64,000 bases of DNA. Origin: Azolla caroliniana. Its lineage: Eukaryota > Plantae > Polypodiophyta. Positions 13,052-23,381 of this stretch are shown here, in pieces (positions within the stretch are counted from its first letter, which is position 1; the number at the start of each line of letters is the position of its first letter). Location of the stretch: positions 3,348,001 through 3,412,000 of the forward strand of contig JBHGNT010000006.1 in the NCBI GenBank assembly GCA_043228905.1, written 5' to 3'. A program made the position numbers and the translations under genes. Below the pieces are notes generated by a model. It did not search any database, was not told the DNA's origin, and saw only the letters and a program-made list of their open reading frames with translations.

Positions 13052-14380
13052 TCATTCCTCGCCCGTCGGTTCCTCCTCGTTTTCGGATCGTTCGTCCCTG
13101 CCGACCAGGAGAGCCGGGTCGGGCTCGTCGTCGTGTCGCTTCTTGAACGCTTTGATCCGTTTCCCTGCAACCGGTATCGCTATTCTCGTGCCGTCGAGTT
13201 CCGCCAGGTGATATGTCCCGTTGCCGTTGGCGCTCCGTACCGCGTAAGGCCCAAACCACCTTCGTGCGAACTTCCGTGTAGCTCGGTGCTGGTTGTCGAG
13301 GCTGCTGTCGTAGACGAGCACCCAATCACCTTCTTCGATCTTCTTCGGTCGGAGCCGGTGCGTTCGGTCGAACCTGGCTTTGTTCTTTGCCCTCGCCACC
13401 CGGAGCCTCTCCGCAGCCAGTTCCACGTCCTCCGGTCTCCGCTCGAGCTGTCGTATACGCGCGGCCAACAACTCCTCCCGGTTCATCTCGTCCCTCCAGT
13501 CGACCGTTGCCCACGAGGAGATCGTCCGTTCCATCGGCATGATCGGCTTCTGGCCGAACATGAGCTCCGTCGGCATGTACCCGGTTACCGAACTGTGCGT
13601 GGTCCGGTCTGCCCACAAGGCATAAGGTAGCAGCCGCGGCCAGTTACCGACTTGGCCTCCGCATGCCCGAACCAACGCCTTGACGATCGGCCCGTGTCCG
13701 CGCTCCACCTTCCCATTCGCCTCCGGATTGTACGCAGTGGTGAGCGAGAGCTTGACTCCCAGCCGGTCGAACAGCTCCGCGGCTTCTTCGGCGTCCAACT
13801 CCCCTCGGTCAGCCACGATCTTCCCGACGCACCCGTACCGGCATATCACGTCTTCGATTAGGAACCGGCATACGGCCGCGGTCGTTTTGTTCGGAAGGGC
13901 CCGACCTTCCACCTGGTTCGTCAGATCCTCCCGCGCTAGGACCAGGTACCGCATCTGTCCTACTCCCATTGGCATCGTTACCAGATCTACCATCCATTTG
14001 AAGTGGATGGTCGGAGGGTACGTGGGGTGAAGCTCGTCCCGATGTCGGACTATGGAGTGCATCTGACAGCTCTCGCAAGTTGTCACGAACCGATGCACGT
14101 CCTGGTACTGCCCCGGCCACCAATACTTCCCCTTTAGTTTCTCAAACGTAGCCCATGTTCCACGGTGTCCAGCCCAAGGGCTGTCGTGGTAGGCCGTCAG
14201 CAGCTCCTCCTGTTCTTCCTTCATCGCCACCACCCGGAGCGGAGCGCCGTCCCTCTTCTTCGGGTGCTTCCATAGGTAGCCATCCCGGAGAAAGAACCGG
14301 TACGCTTTCCTCCGGATCCGGTTGGCCTCGTCCTTCGTCCATGACGCATCGGGCGTCATTGTCTTCAAAAACCCACCGAT
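13052..14380 (-). CDS. Element G integrase (same frame as RT-RH, separated from it by one TAG)
   Basis: HHCC zinc finger (YHDSPWAGH...CESCQ), DDE core (WMVDLV, VADRG, NGKVERGH) and GPY motif (WFGPY). Confidence 0.92.
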   Translation of the reverse strand: MGGFLKTMTPDASWTKDEANRIRRKAYRFFLRDGYLWKHPKKRDGAPLRVVAMKEEQEELLTAYHDSPWAGHRGTWATFEKLKGKYWWPGQYQDVHRFVTTCESCQMHSIVRHRDELHPTYPPTIHFKWMVDLVTMPMGVGQMRYLVLAREDLTNQVEGRALPNKTTAAVCRFLIEDVICRYGCVGKIVADRGELDAEEAAELFDRLGVKLSLTTAYNPEANGKVERGHGPIVKALVRACGGQVGNWPRLLPYALWADRTTHSSVTGYMPTELMFGQKPIMPMERTISSWATVDWRDEMNREELLAARIRQLERRPEDVELAAERLRVARAKNKARFDRTHRLRPKKIEEGDWVLVYDSSLDNQHRATRKFARRWFGPYAVRSANGNGTYHLAELDGTRIAIPVAGKRIKAFKKRHDDEPDPALLVGRDERSENEEEPTGEE

Positions 14381-16540
14381 CTACAGCCACTCCCCGTCGT
14401 ACTTGCTCGCGTCGAAGTCGTTAAGCGCCGGAGTGCTTGTCCCGCCGGTTGTTACATACGCAGTCTCGAAGAAGTCCACGCCGACCTCTTCGTCCTCCGA
14501 GACCATGCCGCCCTCGTCCTCGAATCTCGCCCTTGAAAGCATGTCGGCCATGGCGTTGTCTTTCCCGGAAATGTGTCGTATTACCGGGTCTAGGGACTTG
14601 ATGTACGCTATCCACCTGAGCATTGCCAGGTCCGGCGTCGCGCATCCGGAAACCATGCCGAGAATCGGCATGCAATCCGTCTCTATGATTACCTCCGTCC
14701 CGATCAGATAGTCCTTGTCGGCCTTCACCGCCGAAACGATACCCCAGAGTTCGCGTTTAACCTGGGCATATCCCCGTTGCCGCTCACTGAGGACCTTCGC
14801 GCCGAATCGGATTGGAAACCGATTGCCGTCCCCGTCTTCTTGGTTGACGACCCACCCGATTCCGGTCGGACTCGTGTCAACCGTTATGTACACAGGGGTG
14901 CCCTTCCCGTAGACAGCCTTTCGGAGGGCCGGTGCTGCCGAAAGAGCCTCCTTCAGCTTCCGGACCGACTCAGCGTGCTTGTCTAGCCATTCGAATCTTC
15001 GCCCTTTCTTCAATAATCCGTACAGCGGCTCCGCGACGTGCGCGTAATGCGGGATCCATATGTGGTAGAAGGCGCATGCTCCCAAGAATCTTCGTACTTC
15101 CGTGACCGAGCTGCAGTCAGGCTTCATCGCGGAGATGGCCTCTACCTTTGCCGGAGACGGTTTCCGGCCATATGGCCCGCACAAATGTCCGACCACCATG
15201 ATTTCCGACTGCCCGAAGGCAAACTTCTCCCCCGAGAAGGTGAGCCTCGCATCCTCTAGCCTTTGCAGCACCTTCTCGCAGTCGTCGATGTGCATTACCA
15301 CGAATCGCCGGCATCCGTCCGGCCCGATCGTCTCGTCCCTCTCTTCCACCGGGCATCCCTTGATCGGGATGTCGTCTAGAAACGGCATGGTGATGTCCGG
15401 GATGCAGTCCCTCAGCACCTTGTTCATTGCATTCACCATGTGGGCCACCGAGTTGGTCCCTCCTTGCGGCAGCGTACACATCCGCACGAGGCCGAGGGGA
15501 GTTCGCATCGTCGTGATGTCTCTGCTCTCCACGGCTAGCTGGAACTGGTCGTACCCTGAGTATAGATCACCAACCGAGTAAATCGACCTTCCGGCGAAGG
15601 CCTCCGCGAACTCGTCTATGGTCGGTCCGATCCCTGCGTTCCGAATGGTCACCCTATTGACCGGTTGCAGGTCCTGAATGAAGCGCAATGATCCGTTTTT
15701 CTTTGGTACGGTAAACCACCGGTTTGAATACGGGGCGCTCGACGGCTCGAGAATGCCCATATCAACTTTCTGCTTCAACAGCTCCATCAACTTCGGGATG
15801 TGAGCTCTCGGAACCGAAATTGGCTTGAGATTCCACGGTACATGCGGTACCGTGAATATCACCATTGGCTCTACGATCGTCGGGTCTACGCACCCGATTT
15901 CCTCCGGTGAGAATGCGAAGGCTTTCCCGTGCCTTCCGAGCATTCTCCGAAACCGGTCTTCCTCCATCGGCAGTAGGAACCCGCCCCCACCGATCTTCAG
16001 CTCGCGGAGCGTCTCGTTGGTGAAGGTGTGTCCTATGCAGGCCGGATCTCGTAAGCTGGGGTCCGATGCAACCCCTTTGATTCGGGATTCGCTGCCCTCC
16101 GGTAAGGGCGCCGCAACTGGCCTCACCTTCCGGTCCACCGTCTTGTACTTGGTGCTCACTCGGGCCGTCCGTTCCGACTCGAGCCCTCGACCGAAGTCCG
16201 CGATGACTTCGTACATTTCTTCGGAACATACCGGTATCGTCCGGTCTTCGTTAAGGTCTTCTTCGACTACCTTCCCCAGCATCCCCAAGGTGTCGTCGAA
16301 GGAGACTGCCTCCACGGCTCCGTTGATTCCTTCGTCAGGGCCGAGAACTCCGCACGCCCGAAGTCTCCCCTCCGTCTTTGTTTTCTCTCGGCCGGTGATG
16401 CCGACCATCGTACATGCTCCGCTGTCGGAGAAGCAAAATTTCCTACCTATTGTACACGGTTTTATCGTACAGATGTGGGGGTTTCCCGGAGCATCCGGAC
16501 TGTCGCGGCCCCACGCCTTGGCAGTCCTCTCTAAAAATCC
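14381..16540 (-). CDS. Element G pol (RT-RNase H), in the -1 frame relative to gag
   Basis: RT motifs LRFIQDLQPVN, DLYSGYDQ, LPQGGTNS, PFLDDI. RNase H motifs TVDTSPTGIG and DNAMADMLSR. The frame is open from 16540, checked codon by codon to 16408. Confidence 0.92.
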   Translation of the reverse strand, partial: GFLERTAKAWGRDSPDAPGNPHICTIKPCTIGRKFCFSDSGACTMVGITGREKTKTEGRLRACGVLGPDEGINGAVEAVSFDDTLGMLGKVVEEDLNEDRTIPVCSEEMYEVIADFGRGLESERTARVSTKYKTVDRKVRPVAAPLPEGSESRIKGVASDPSLRDPACIGHTFTNETLRELKIGGGGFLLPMEEDRFRRMLGRHGKAFAFSPEEIGCVDPTIVEPMVIFTVPHVPWNLKPISVPRAHIPKLMELLKQKVDMGILEPSSAPYSNRWFTVPKKNGSLRFIQDLQPVNRVTIRNAGIGPTIDEFAEAFAGRSIYSVGDLYSGYDQFQLAVESRDITTMRTPLGLVRMCTLPQGGTNSVAHMVNAMNKVLRDCIPDITMPFLDDIPIKGCPVEERDETIGPDGCRRFVVMHIDDCEKVLQRLEDARLTFSGEKFAFGQSEIMVVGHLCGPYGRKPSPAKVEAISAMKPDCSSVTEVRRFLGACAFYHIWIPHYAHVAEPLYGLLKKGRRFEWLDKHAESVRKLKEALSAAPALRKAVYGKGTPVYITVDTSPTGIGWVVNQEDGDGNRFPIRFGAKVLSERQRGYAQVKRELWGIVSAVKADKDYLIGTEVIIETDCMPILGMVSGCATPDLAMLRWIAYIKSLDPVIRHISGKDNAMADMLSRARFEDEGGMVSEDEEVGVDFFETAYVTTGGTSTPALNDFDASKYDGEWL
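16475..16540 (-). promoter_or_regulatory. Putative -1 programmed ribosomal frameshift signal (GGAUUUU plus stem-loop/pseudoknot)
   Basis: G GAU UUU directly precedes the gag UAG. After a 6-nt spacer there is a GGACUG/CAGUCC stem, whose loop GUGGGG is complementary to downstream CCCCAC. Confidence 0.7.
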
Positions 16541-18657
16541 TCTCGGTTTTCGGAACCGAGGGAATCGCGGTTACGTTCGTGGTTCGGCCGTACCGTCAGA
16601 AACTGGACCGAATGGCGCCCGTCTTGGCTTTTGACCCTTGCGTAGGCCGAACCATTGTCCAGCACTTTGGTCTCCATTCGCGCCGCCGTGATGTACGGCT
16701 CTCCCAGAATGACCGGATGCGAAGACGTCTCCTGCACGAAGAAGTGCTGGTCAATCTCGACGTCGCCGATCTTGACTCGCACATTCGGACAGGCCCCGTG
16801 CAGTTCCTCGGTGGCGCGCGTTGCTGCCCTTATTTTCCACCCGTGCTTGGTGTTGATCGGCCATTTGCCCTTCTTATAGAAGTCCATGGACATCAAATTG
16901 ATCTCCGATCCGTGGTCCACCAAAGCTATCACCGGTTCCTGGACATCGCCGATCTTCACCGGGGTTTCCGTGGTCGCTCGGGCCCAGTGTGGTCTCGAAT
17001 AGTGGCTTTCCGCCCACTCGACTCCCAGCGCCATGTCGTCTAGGTGCGTCGTCCGCACTTCCACCGGTCTTTCCGGTTCTGTCTCCGTCGACAGCCTCTT
17101 CCGTTTCACCAAGTCCACGATGGAGTCGTGGAACTCCTTCTTGGCGATTCCCAGCACCTCTCGTAACGACAGCTCCACCTTGCTGTCGAGGATCCGTTCC
17201 TCCAGGACCTTTCGTAAGTCTGTGGTCCTTTCTATCTCCGTCCCTAGACGGTACCCGCCCTTCTGGGGTTTATCTTGCGTACCGGCCCCGCCGGCTTCGT
17301 CCCGTCGTGGCCCGGACCGGGTCTCGTATCGTTGTGAGGGCCCGGTCGTCCCGGGTCTCCCCACCCGCTTCTCTTCTACCAGAGCCTCGTAGTTCTGGCA
17401 AGCGGCTTCCACGAAGCCCGTCCTTTCCTCGACCGGGTCGCTCCACCCGGTCATCTCCCGTACCCGTTTCTCCGCACGGTCCGATTCCTCCCCTTTTAGC
17501 CTTGCACCGGCAAGGCCTTCCAGCATCGTCGGCCAGAACCCGGCTTTGCTTTCCCTTCGGGCCTCGCCGCCCCCGACTCGAATGCCGGCCGACGCCGAGT
17601 AGTGGACGGTTTCCGCGTGTCGGGCCGCCGCCTCTTCCATCAACCTTTTCATACCACCCTTTCCGTCGTTTCGGCTCAGGGCCCTTCGGGTGTCGCTGGC
17701 ATGCACCCGTCCTTCCCACAGGTACACCACCCTGTTCCTCAGCGCCTCCGCGAAGTCGCCGCAGTCCTTCCGAATGTGGCCGACTTCATCGCACCACATG
17801 CACCTGTTTCCTGCCGCCGGCCGTCGGTCACGAGCCGGTTCGCCTCCTTCCCTTCGGGCCTGCGCGATTTGGAGGTCCTTTATCGCCTTCGTCAATTCCT
17901 CCAGCGCCGCTCCTCCGGTTGAGCCTCTGACTACGCCGGTCGAAGCCGAACCGGTATCCAACCACTCTCGGGTCTCTTCCTTTCGCACCTGTGGCGCTGG
18001 TTCGAGCTTCCTTGCTGCGACCGAGCCCGACCCGGTTGCACCGTTATCCGCCCATTCTCGCCGTTTGTCGAAACGGCCACAGACCTTCCTGACAGCCGCC
18101 CAGTCGGTAGTGAGCCCGTCTTCGGTTTCCAGCAAGAGGCCCACGTGCTCCCGATCCCGTTCGTCGACCGACTTGACAAACAGCAAGACCCGGCTCGTGT
18201 CCAGGATGGTTCGGTCGAGCGCCGAAAGGCGCGCAAAGTTTTCCTCGAACTCCCGGAGGAGCGCCGACGCGTTTCTTCCCTTCCCCGGGGACTCCACCCA
18301 TTCCATGAACCTTCGCTTCGAAAGCCGGAGCGCGTCGTCCAGCCCGTATTTCTCTAGGAGCCGACCTTCGAACTCCTCCCAGGTACGGCTCTCCGTCCGC
18401 ACCTCGAGCACCTCCGCATGGATGCTCGGCATCGCCACTCGGGGAAATCCGGCAAGACGCCTTTCTTCCGGAATGTCCCGCATCAGCATCTCTGCACCGT
18501 AGGACGCCAAATACTTCGTGGCATCCTTCCCATCGAACCGGCCGATCGTGCCGACGACCGCCTCAATAACTCTGTCGAGGGCACCGGTGATCTCGCGCGC
18601 GTTTACAATCCGATCCACGGCTGAAGCCATGGCCTCTGCGAGATCCGACCCCCTCAT
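16531..18657 (-). CDS. Element G gag-protease polyprotein
   Basis: First ATG at 18657. CCHC knuckle CMWCDEVGHIRKDC. Aspartic protease motifs ALVDHGSEINLM and VILGEP. Confidence 0.9.
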   Translation of the reverse strand: MRGSDLAEAMASAVDRIVNAREITGALDRVIEAVVGTIGRFDGKDATKYLASYGAEMLMRDIPEERRLAGFPRVAMPSIHAEVLEVRTESRTWEEFEGRLLEKYGLDDALRLSKRRFMEWVESPGKGRNASALLREFEENFARLSALDRTILDTSRVLLFVKSVDERDREHVGLLLETEDGLTTDWAAVRKVCGRFDKRREWADNGATGSGSVAARKLEPAPQVRKEETREWLDTGSASTGVVRGSTGGAALEELTKAIKDLQIAQARREGGEPARDRRPAAGNRCMWCDEVGHIRKDCGDFAEALRNRVVYLWEGRVHASDTRRALSRNDGKGGMKRLMEEAAARHAETVHYSASAGIRVGGGEARRESKAGFWPTMLEGLAGARLKGEESDRAEKRVREMTGWSDPVEERTGFVEAACQNYEALVEEKRVGRPGTTGPSQRYETRSGPRRDEAGGAGTQDKPQKGGYRLGTEIERTTDLRKVLEERILDSKVELSLREVLGIAKKEFHDSIVDLVKRKRLSTETEPERPVEVRTTHLDDMALGVEWAESHYSRPHWARATTETPVKIGDVQEPVIALVDHGSEINLMSMDFYKKGKWPINTKHGWKIRAATRATEELHGACPNVRVKIGDVEIDQHFFVQETSSHPVILGEPYITAARMETKVLDNGSAYARVKSQDGRHSVQFLTVRPNHERNRDSLGSENREDF

Positions 18658-18679
18658 CTTCTGCTCTTCTGCCGCCTCT

Positions 18680-18697
18680 TTCACGTCGGGTTCACCA
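18680..18697 (-). other. Primer binding site of element G, complementary to tRNA-Trp 3' end
   Basis: Plus strand reads ttcacgtcgggttcacca, matching the recalled 3' end of plant cytosolic tRNA-Trp(CCA). It lies 4 nt from the LTR. Confidence 0.85.
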
Positions 18698-18701
18698 AAG
18701 A

Positions 18702-19483
18702 TGTCGAGATATTACGCAAGTGCGTGTGAAAACGAGGCGGGACCGCGGGGGTCTCGAACCAAAGAGCAAGCGAGGGAGGAGAAAGAGAGAGAACCGGCTA
18801 CGCAGGACCGGGGATACGCAGGGACACGGCCCTCAATACGGAGAACGCGACAGACACCGGCACAGACAGATGCGAATGACTAAATACGTATATTAACAAA
18901 ATGGCTAGCACGACTACAACCCTCGACGGGGCGCAGGTTGGTTACAACCGAACAGGCCGGCGAACAGATGCCGATGCCTGTTCGCTTCGACGCACAAAGG
19001 GGAAGCAGGTCGGAGGTGCTGCCGGAAGCACTCGGGCGTTCCTCGAAACAGCGCGAGCCTCCTCGGAACCCTGCACAGAAAGCTATGGAGCTCAAGAAGG
19101 AGGGAAAGCAGAGAGAGAAGCGTCCAGAAACGGTCCGACAGCACTTCGTCCTCTCCGCGCGAGATCCCTGCAACAGCTCTTTCCTGCTCCTTATATAGGC
19201 CGACGAGCAGGCCGTCATGTCAGCTTTATTCCTTGTCCCTTTTGGACAGGGATCCGCTCCGTTCTTCACGCATCCGCGTAGTTACGCCGCCGACTCGTAC
19301 AGTTCGCGCGCGTGACCGAAAAGACTGTTCGCGCGGTCTTTGTCTCCACTCGTGTTAGGGCCCGTTCCTGCCGATTATCCTCTTAATTCGACTCTATGTA
19401 CAACTTGGAGCGTGCGCGTGTGAAGAACCGGTTCCCACGCCTCGGTGTGCTGATTCCGCTTAGGGACGGTTTTCTTCACGACA
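18702..19483 (-). repeat. 5' LTR of element G
   Basis: TG...CA ends, followed by TSD GCGG at 19484-19487. Confidence 0.97.
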
Positions 19484-20002
19484 GCGGTACATAGGTACCT
19501 AGTTATTTGTGAGGAGGTGGGAGTAAAGGGGCCATCAATCTCTCCCTCCCCAAATCAAGGCAAATATTCCCTTTGAATGAAAGGGGATATTTTAGTCTCG
19601 TTTTTGTAAACGGTCTTCCCTCCTTGTGCTATAAAAGGAGAGGGAAGGCACCATTGTGGGGGTTGCCTATTTTGAGTGTGCGAGGTATACCACATAGGTT
19701 GAGCGTTAGGGTTAGGGTTAGGGTTTCTTCATCTTCATCTTCATCTTCATCGGTTAGGGTTTTCGAGTAGTCGTTTGGTGCGGCCTACGCGGCCACCGTT
19801 TGTAATCGTTCATTTCGATTTAATACATCTTGTTGTTGATCTTGTCTCCATCTTCGTCTTGTTTGATCTAGTCTCTTGTTCATTCTTCCTCTTCTTGAGG
19901 AAAGCTTCCATTCCGTGTCCGATTCCTTCTCCTCTACTCCTTAGTCCAAGACCCCCGTGGTCCCGCCCTTCGCCACGCACGCGAGTAGCAACGCGACATC
20001 TT

Positions 20003-20020
20003 TGGTGAACCCGACGTGAA
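20003..20020 (+). other. tRNA-Trp PBS of element C
   Basis: CA-tctt-tggtgaacccgacgtgaa, identical to element G's LTR-PBS junction. Confidence 0.85.
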
Positions 20021-22604
20021 GGGGTGGCAAGGGAGGAAGGAGATGGAAGACGGAGACATCACGGAAGTAATTACGAGAATGGCAAGGGATTACGCAAGAA
20101 GGAGAGAAAGACGGGAAGAGGCGTACAAGTACGATCGACATGACTTCGATCTATGGGTGTCGTCGGCAAAGGCTCCTCGAAGCGCAATGAAAGCATTCCG
20201 GGAGTTCGATCTCCGGTTTTCCCAACTTTCGGTCCGGGATCAAGAATCGGTGGGGGCGGACAAGGTCGGTCAACGAATAGTTCCCAACCTAGAACGACGG
20301 GCGGTGGCGGCGGCAAGGCGGGCAACTGAGACAACGGTATGGAGACCGTGGAAGAGGAGGCGGCAAGCATAATTGATGCTTGCATATACGGAGGCGGGGT
20401 AGCCACGAATGACGATGTCCGAATGGAGGTGGCTACGGGCATAGCATCGACGAGCGGCGGCGTTGCTACCTTACACACACCGGTTCAAGAGACCCCGGCG
20501 TTCGGCCCGAGTGCTTGCGCGAGACCTAGGGTAACGAACGGTGGCGGCGCAAGGCAGGCGACCACAACGACGATGTGGGAGAGGGTGCGGAGCGAGCGAC
20601 CCTCTCGACTTGTGGAAAGAGGACGACCATGGATGAGGCCGATATCTACGGAGCAATGGACGCCACTTCGAGAGTGGGCGAAAGTTTTGGGACGCGGTTG
20701 CCCGAAACGTTCTACGAGGATTTCGCGAGCATACTCGAGGCTTGTGAAATTGAGGAAGAAGAGGAGACGAGCGGCGGTGCCGCGACCTTCCACACACCGG
20801 TCCTAGAGACTCCGGCAACCGGCCCGAGAACCGGTGTGAGACCTAGAGAGACGGACGGTGGCGACGGCAAGGCAGGCAACCGAAATGACGAAGAGGAGGT
20901 TTGTAGCGGACGGAGGCGAGATCCCTCGACACCGGGGCCGGAGACTTCGGCGGTTGCGCCTGAGCGCGGACATAAGACCAGAGAGATGGGCGGTGGCCGT
21001 GAGGATGAGAGGCCCGGAGTGGGCACGTGCGAAAAGACTGAAGGAGAGGTCCGGAGCGTCATCGAGGAGCGTGTCGGGAACCGACCTGACCGAAAGATGA
21101 GCCGGTCGGTAATCCGACCCGACCGGGAGGCGGACCGGAAGAAGAGTGAAGCGGGGTCTGGTCAACCGGGCCCAAACCGAAGAAGAACCGGCAAGGCCGG
21201 ATTTGCGCAGACAAACATGTACCGGCCGACCGGTTACGATTACGGAAGGGAGCCGACCAAACCGGAACTCGATCGTCTGAGACCGATCCGGGCGAAGGCT
21301 AAGTCGGCATGATTGGAGATTGGGGAGGACGGGTCACAACACGCGACGAGAGCCGGTGAGCGTATTGAGGAGGCCTATTGGGCACGGTGATCGCGGCTTG
21401 CTAGAAGACCGAGAGCGAGAGGGACCTTCCACACCCATTCTAGAGACTTCGGCGGTTGCGGATCAACGTGAGACCGGAGAGACGGCGGGTGGCGGCGAGG
21501 AGTCGGCGGCCGAAGCGGACAAAGTTATCGGAGCGGGTATCCGGTATGAGATGATGGACGAGCGGGTCCAAGATGGCGAGCCCGGGTTGGAACAGGCTAC
21601 GGTGACAAAGGAAGAAGTGACTGACGCGGAGGTCGGGTCTACGGTGGATGAAGGGCGTAACACGCAGCATGCATTACGGTCGGTGAAGGGCCCAAGAACG
21701 AGCTTGCATCCGAGAGAGCGTCAACGAGTGACCGGAAACGGTGGACCGATTGAACCTTTGAGAGGCGAGGACTCGGTGGTGGACCGAGAGTGGGAGGAAC
21801 CCTCCACACCTACCCGTGAGGAATCGGCGGTCGCGGATAGAAAGGAGAACGAAGAAATGGTGGGTGGTGGCGAGGAGTTGGAGACCGACGCGGAGGTCGG
21901 GTCTACGGCGGAAGCGCGACATGAGACGCATGCAATATGGCCGGTGGAGGGCCAAGACACAAGCATGCATACGGCGGATGGGCAACAACAATTGACCGAC
22001 AATGACGGTCGGGTCAAGACTTCGAGAGGCAAGCGCGGGACGAAGGACGGCGCGGCGAAACACCAAGACCGACGACATGGACCGAGCACGATCGGCATGA
22101 GCAGAGAGTCGTGTCTTGAGAACCGAAGAAGGTGCGCGGAGAGCAACGGGCTACGCGCCGAGAACAGGAAGCGCGGCTTCCCGGAGGGCATGCAAGGCCA
22201 AGTGGGCCAAGAGGGCGCAAGTCGAGGCGAGGCGATAACGAGAGCCTCGAGGGACACCGACACGGTGGTCGGGATGACGGTATGCTCTACGTCGAGAGAG
22301 CACGACGGGCAAAGGAGAGGCAAGGAATGCGGAATGGGGCCGCCTAAGGGCCAAACCATGAGCACATATTCGAGGGACAACATCGACGCATGGGAAGAGC
22401 CTACGGAAGGCAAGCGCGGAGCGGGAAGAGTCGACACACCGAGGTGTTCGACATGCGGAGACGATATAACGAAAGGAGCGGCACGCAAAGGGCGGAAACC
22501 AGAGTGCGACCGGAGAGATGTACCTCGGGGCGAAGCGGCAACATCGGAGGTTGCGGAGGACACCGAAGACGAGAGCACCGACACGGATGTCGGGGACGCA
22601 ACGT

Positions 22605-23175
22605 TATCATGAATAATTTCGGCCAGAGGTGGAAACCGGGAAACATTGGCTACGTCGGTGGGGTGTTGCGTGTGTAAGCACCCATGTACATTTAATGTGA
22701 ATATCGAGGGTGCCTTTATGGCGCCGAAGAGTAGTTAAGTCGGGACAGACAATCCCATGTAAGTCGGGATTTGTCCCACATTGTAACGCATCCCTTTCCT
22801 TGTTCTATAAAAGGAAGGGAACGCCCTTTGTGAAAGGGTTGCCCATTTTGCATTAGAGGGTACACCGTTAGGTTTAGAGTTAAGTTTCTTCTCCTTCTTC
22901 TCCCCCTTCGTATTTTGCTTAGGGTTTGCTTTGGTTCGGCCTCCTGTGCAAGACCCCGCTCGGCGCGACGAGCTGAGAGCTCCCCGACGGCGGCTTGGCA
23001 GCAGACGACTACTGTAACTTACCTCAGTCCGGCTCGAAGCCGGGAATGTATTCTTCTTCTATATATATATATATACGTTTGCGTCTGTCTGTGTATATTG
23101 GCGTCTTTGTTGGTGTCGGGTGCCTCCCCTTTCCTGCGTTTCCTGTACATGAGGGCGTGAGCTGTGTGTGTGAGC

Positions 23176-23206
<31 letters not shown>

Positions 23207-23381
23207 GTGAGTCGGTGTCAAGCGCGCGCTCCCTCTCTTTCTCTCTCTCCCTTCGGTTGCTTCCAGCGTGCTTCTGGGATGCCCCGGAACGGTGAAGTGC
23301 GACTTTCTACGCTCCGTCGCTCACTAGTCCAAGACCCCCGTGGTCCTGCCTTTCTCCACGCACGCGCGTAACAACGCGACA
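22605..23381 (+). mobile_element. Solo LTR (777 bp) of the same Gypsy family inserted in element C
   Basis: Starts tatcatgaat (decayed tgtcgtgaag) and ends cacgcgcgtaacaacgcgaca. Flanked by ACGT at 22601-22604 and 23382-23385. Contains a ctataaaagg box like LTR C. Confidence 0.85.

Larger units (their letters stand above)
12199..19483 (-). mobile_element. Young full-length Ty3/Gypsy non-chromovirus retrotransposon (element G)
   Basis: 782-bp LTRs at 12199-12980 and 18702-19483 with one mismatch noticed. 4-bp TSD GCGG. Trp PBS and PPT present. Domain order gag-PR / RT-RH-INT, no chromodomain. Confidence 0.97.

Noticed and set aside
14381-14383. Programmed stop-codon readthrough at TAG
   Set aside because: The context TAG-ATCGGT is not a known leaky context such as CARYYA. 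A C-to-T nonsense mutation is simpler.
12377-19281. Many long antisense or overlapping ORFs in element G and its LTRs
   Set aside because: They are expected shadows of GC-rich coding sequence and contain no recognisable motifs.
22605-23381. Reading this LTR as the 3' LTR of element C
   Set aside because: It is too diverged from LTR C, has no PPT, has its own ACGT TSD, and C-type internal sequence continues after it.
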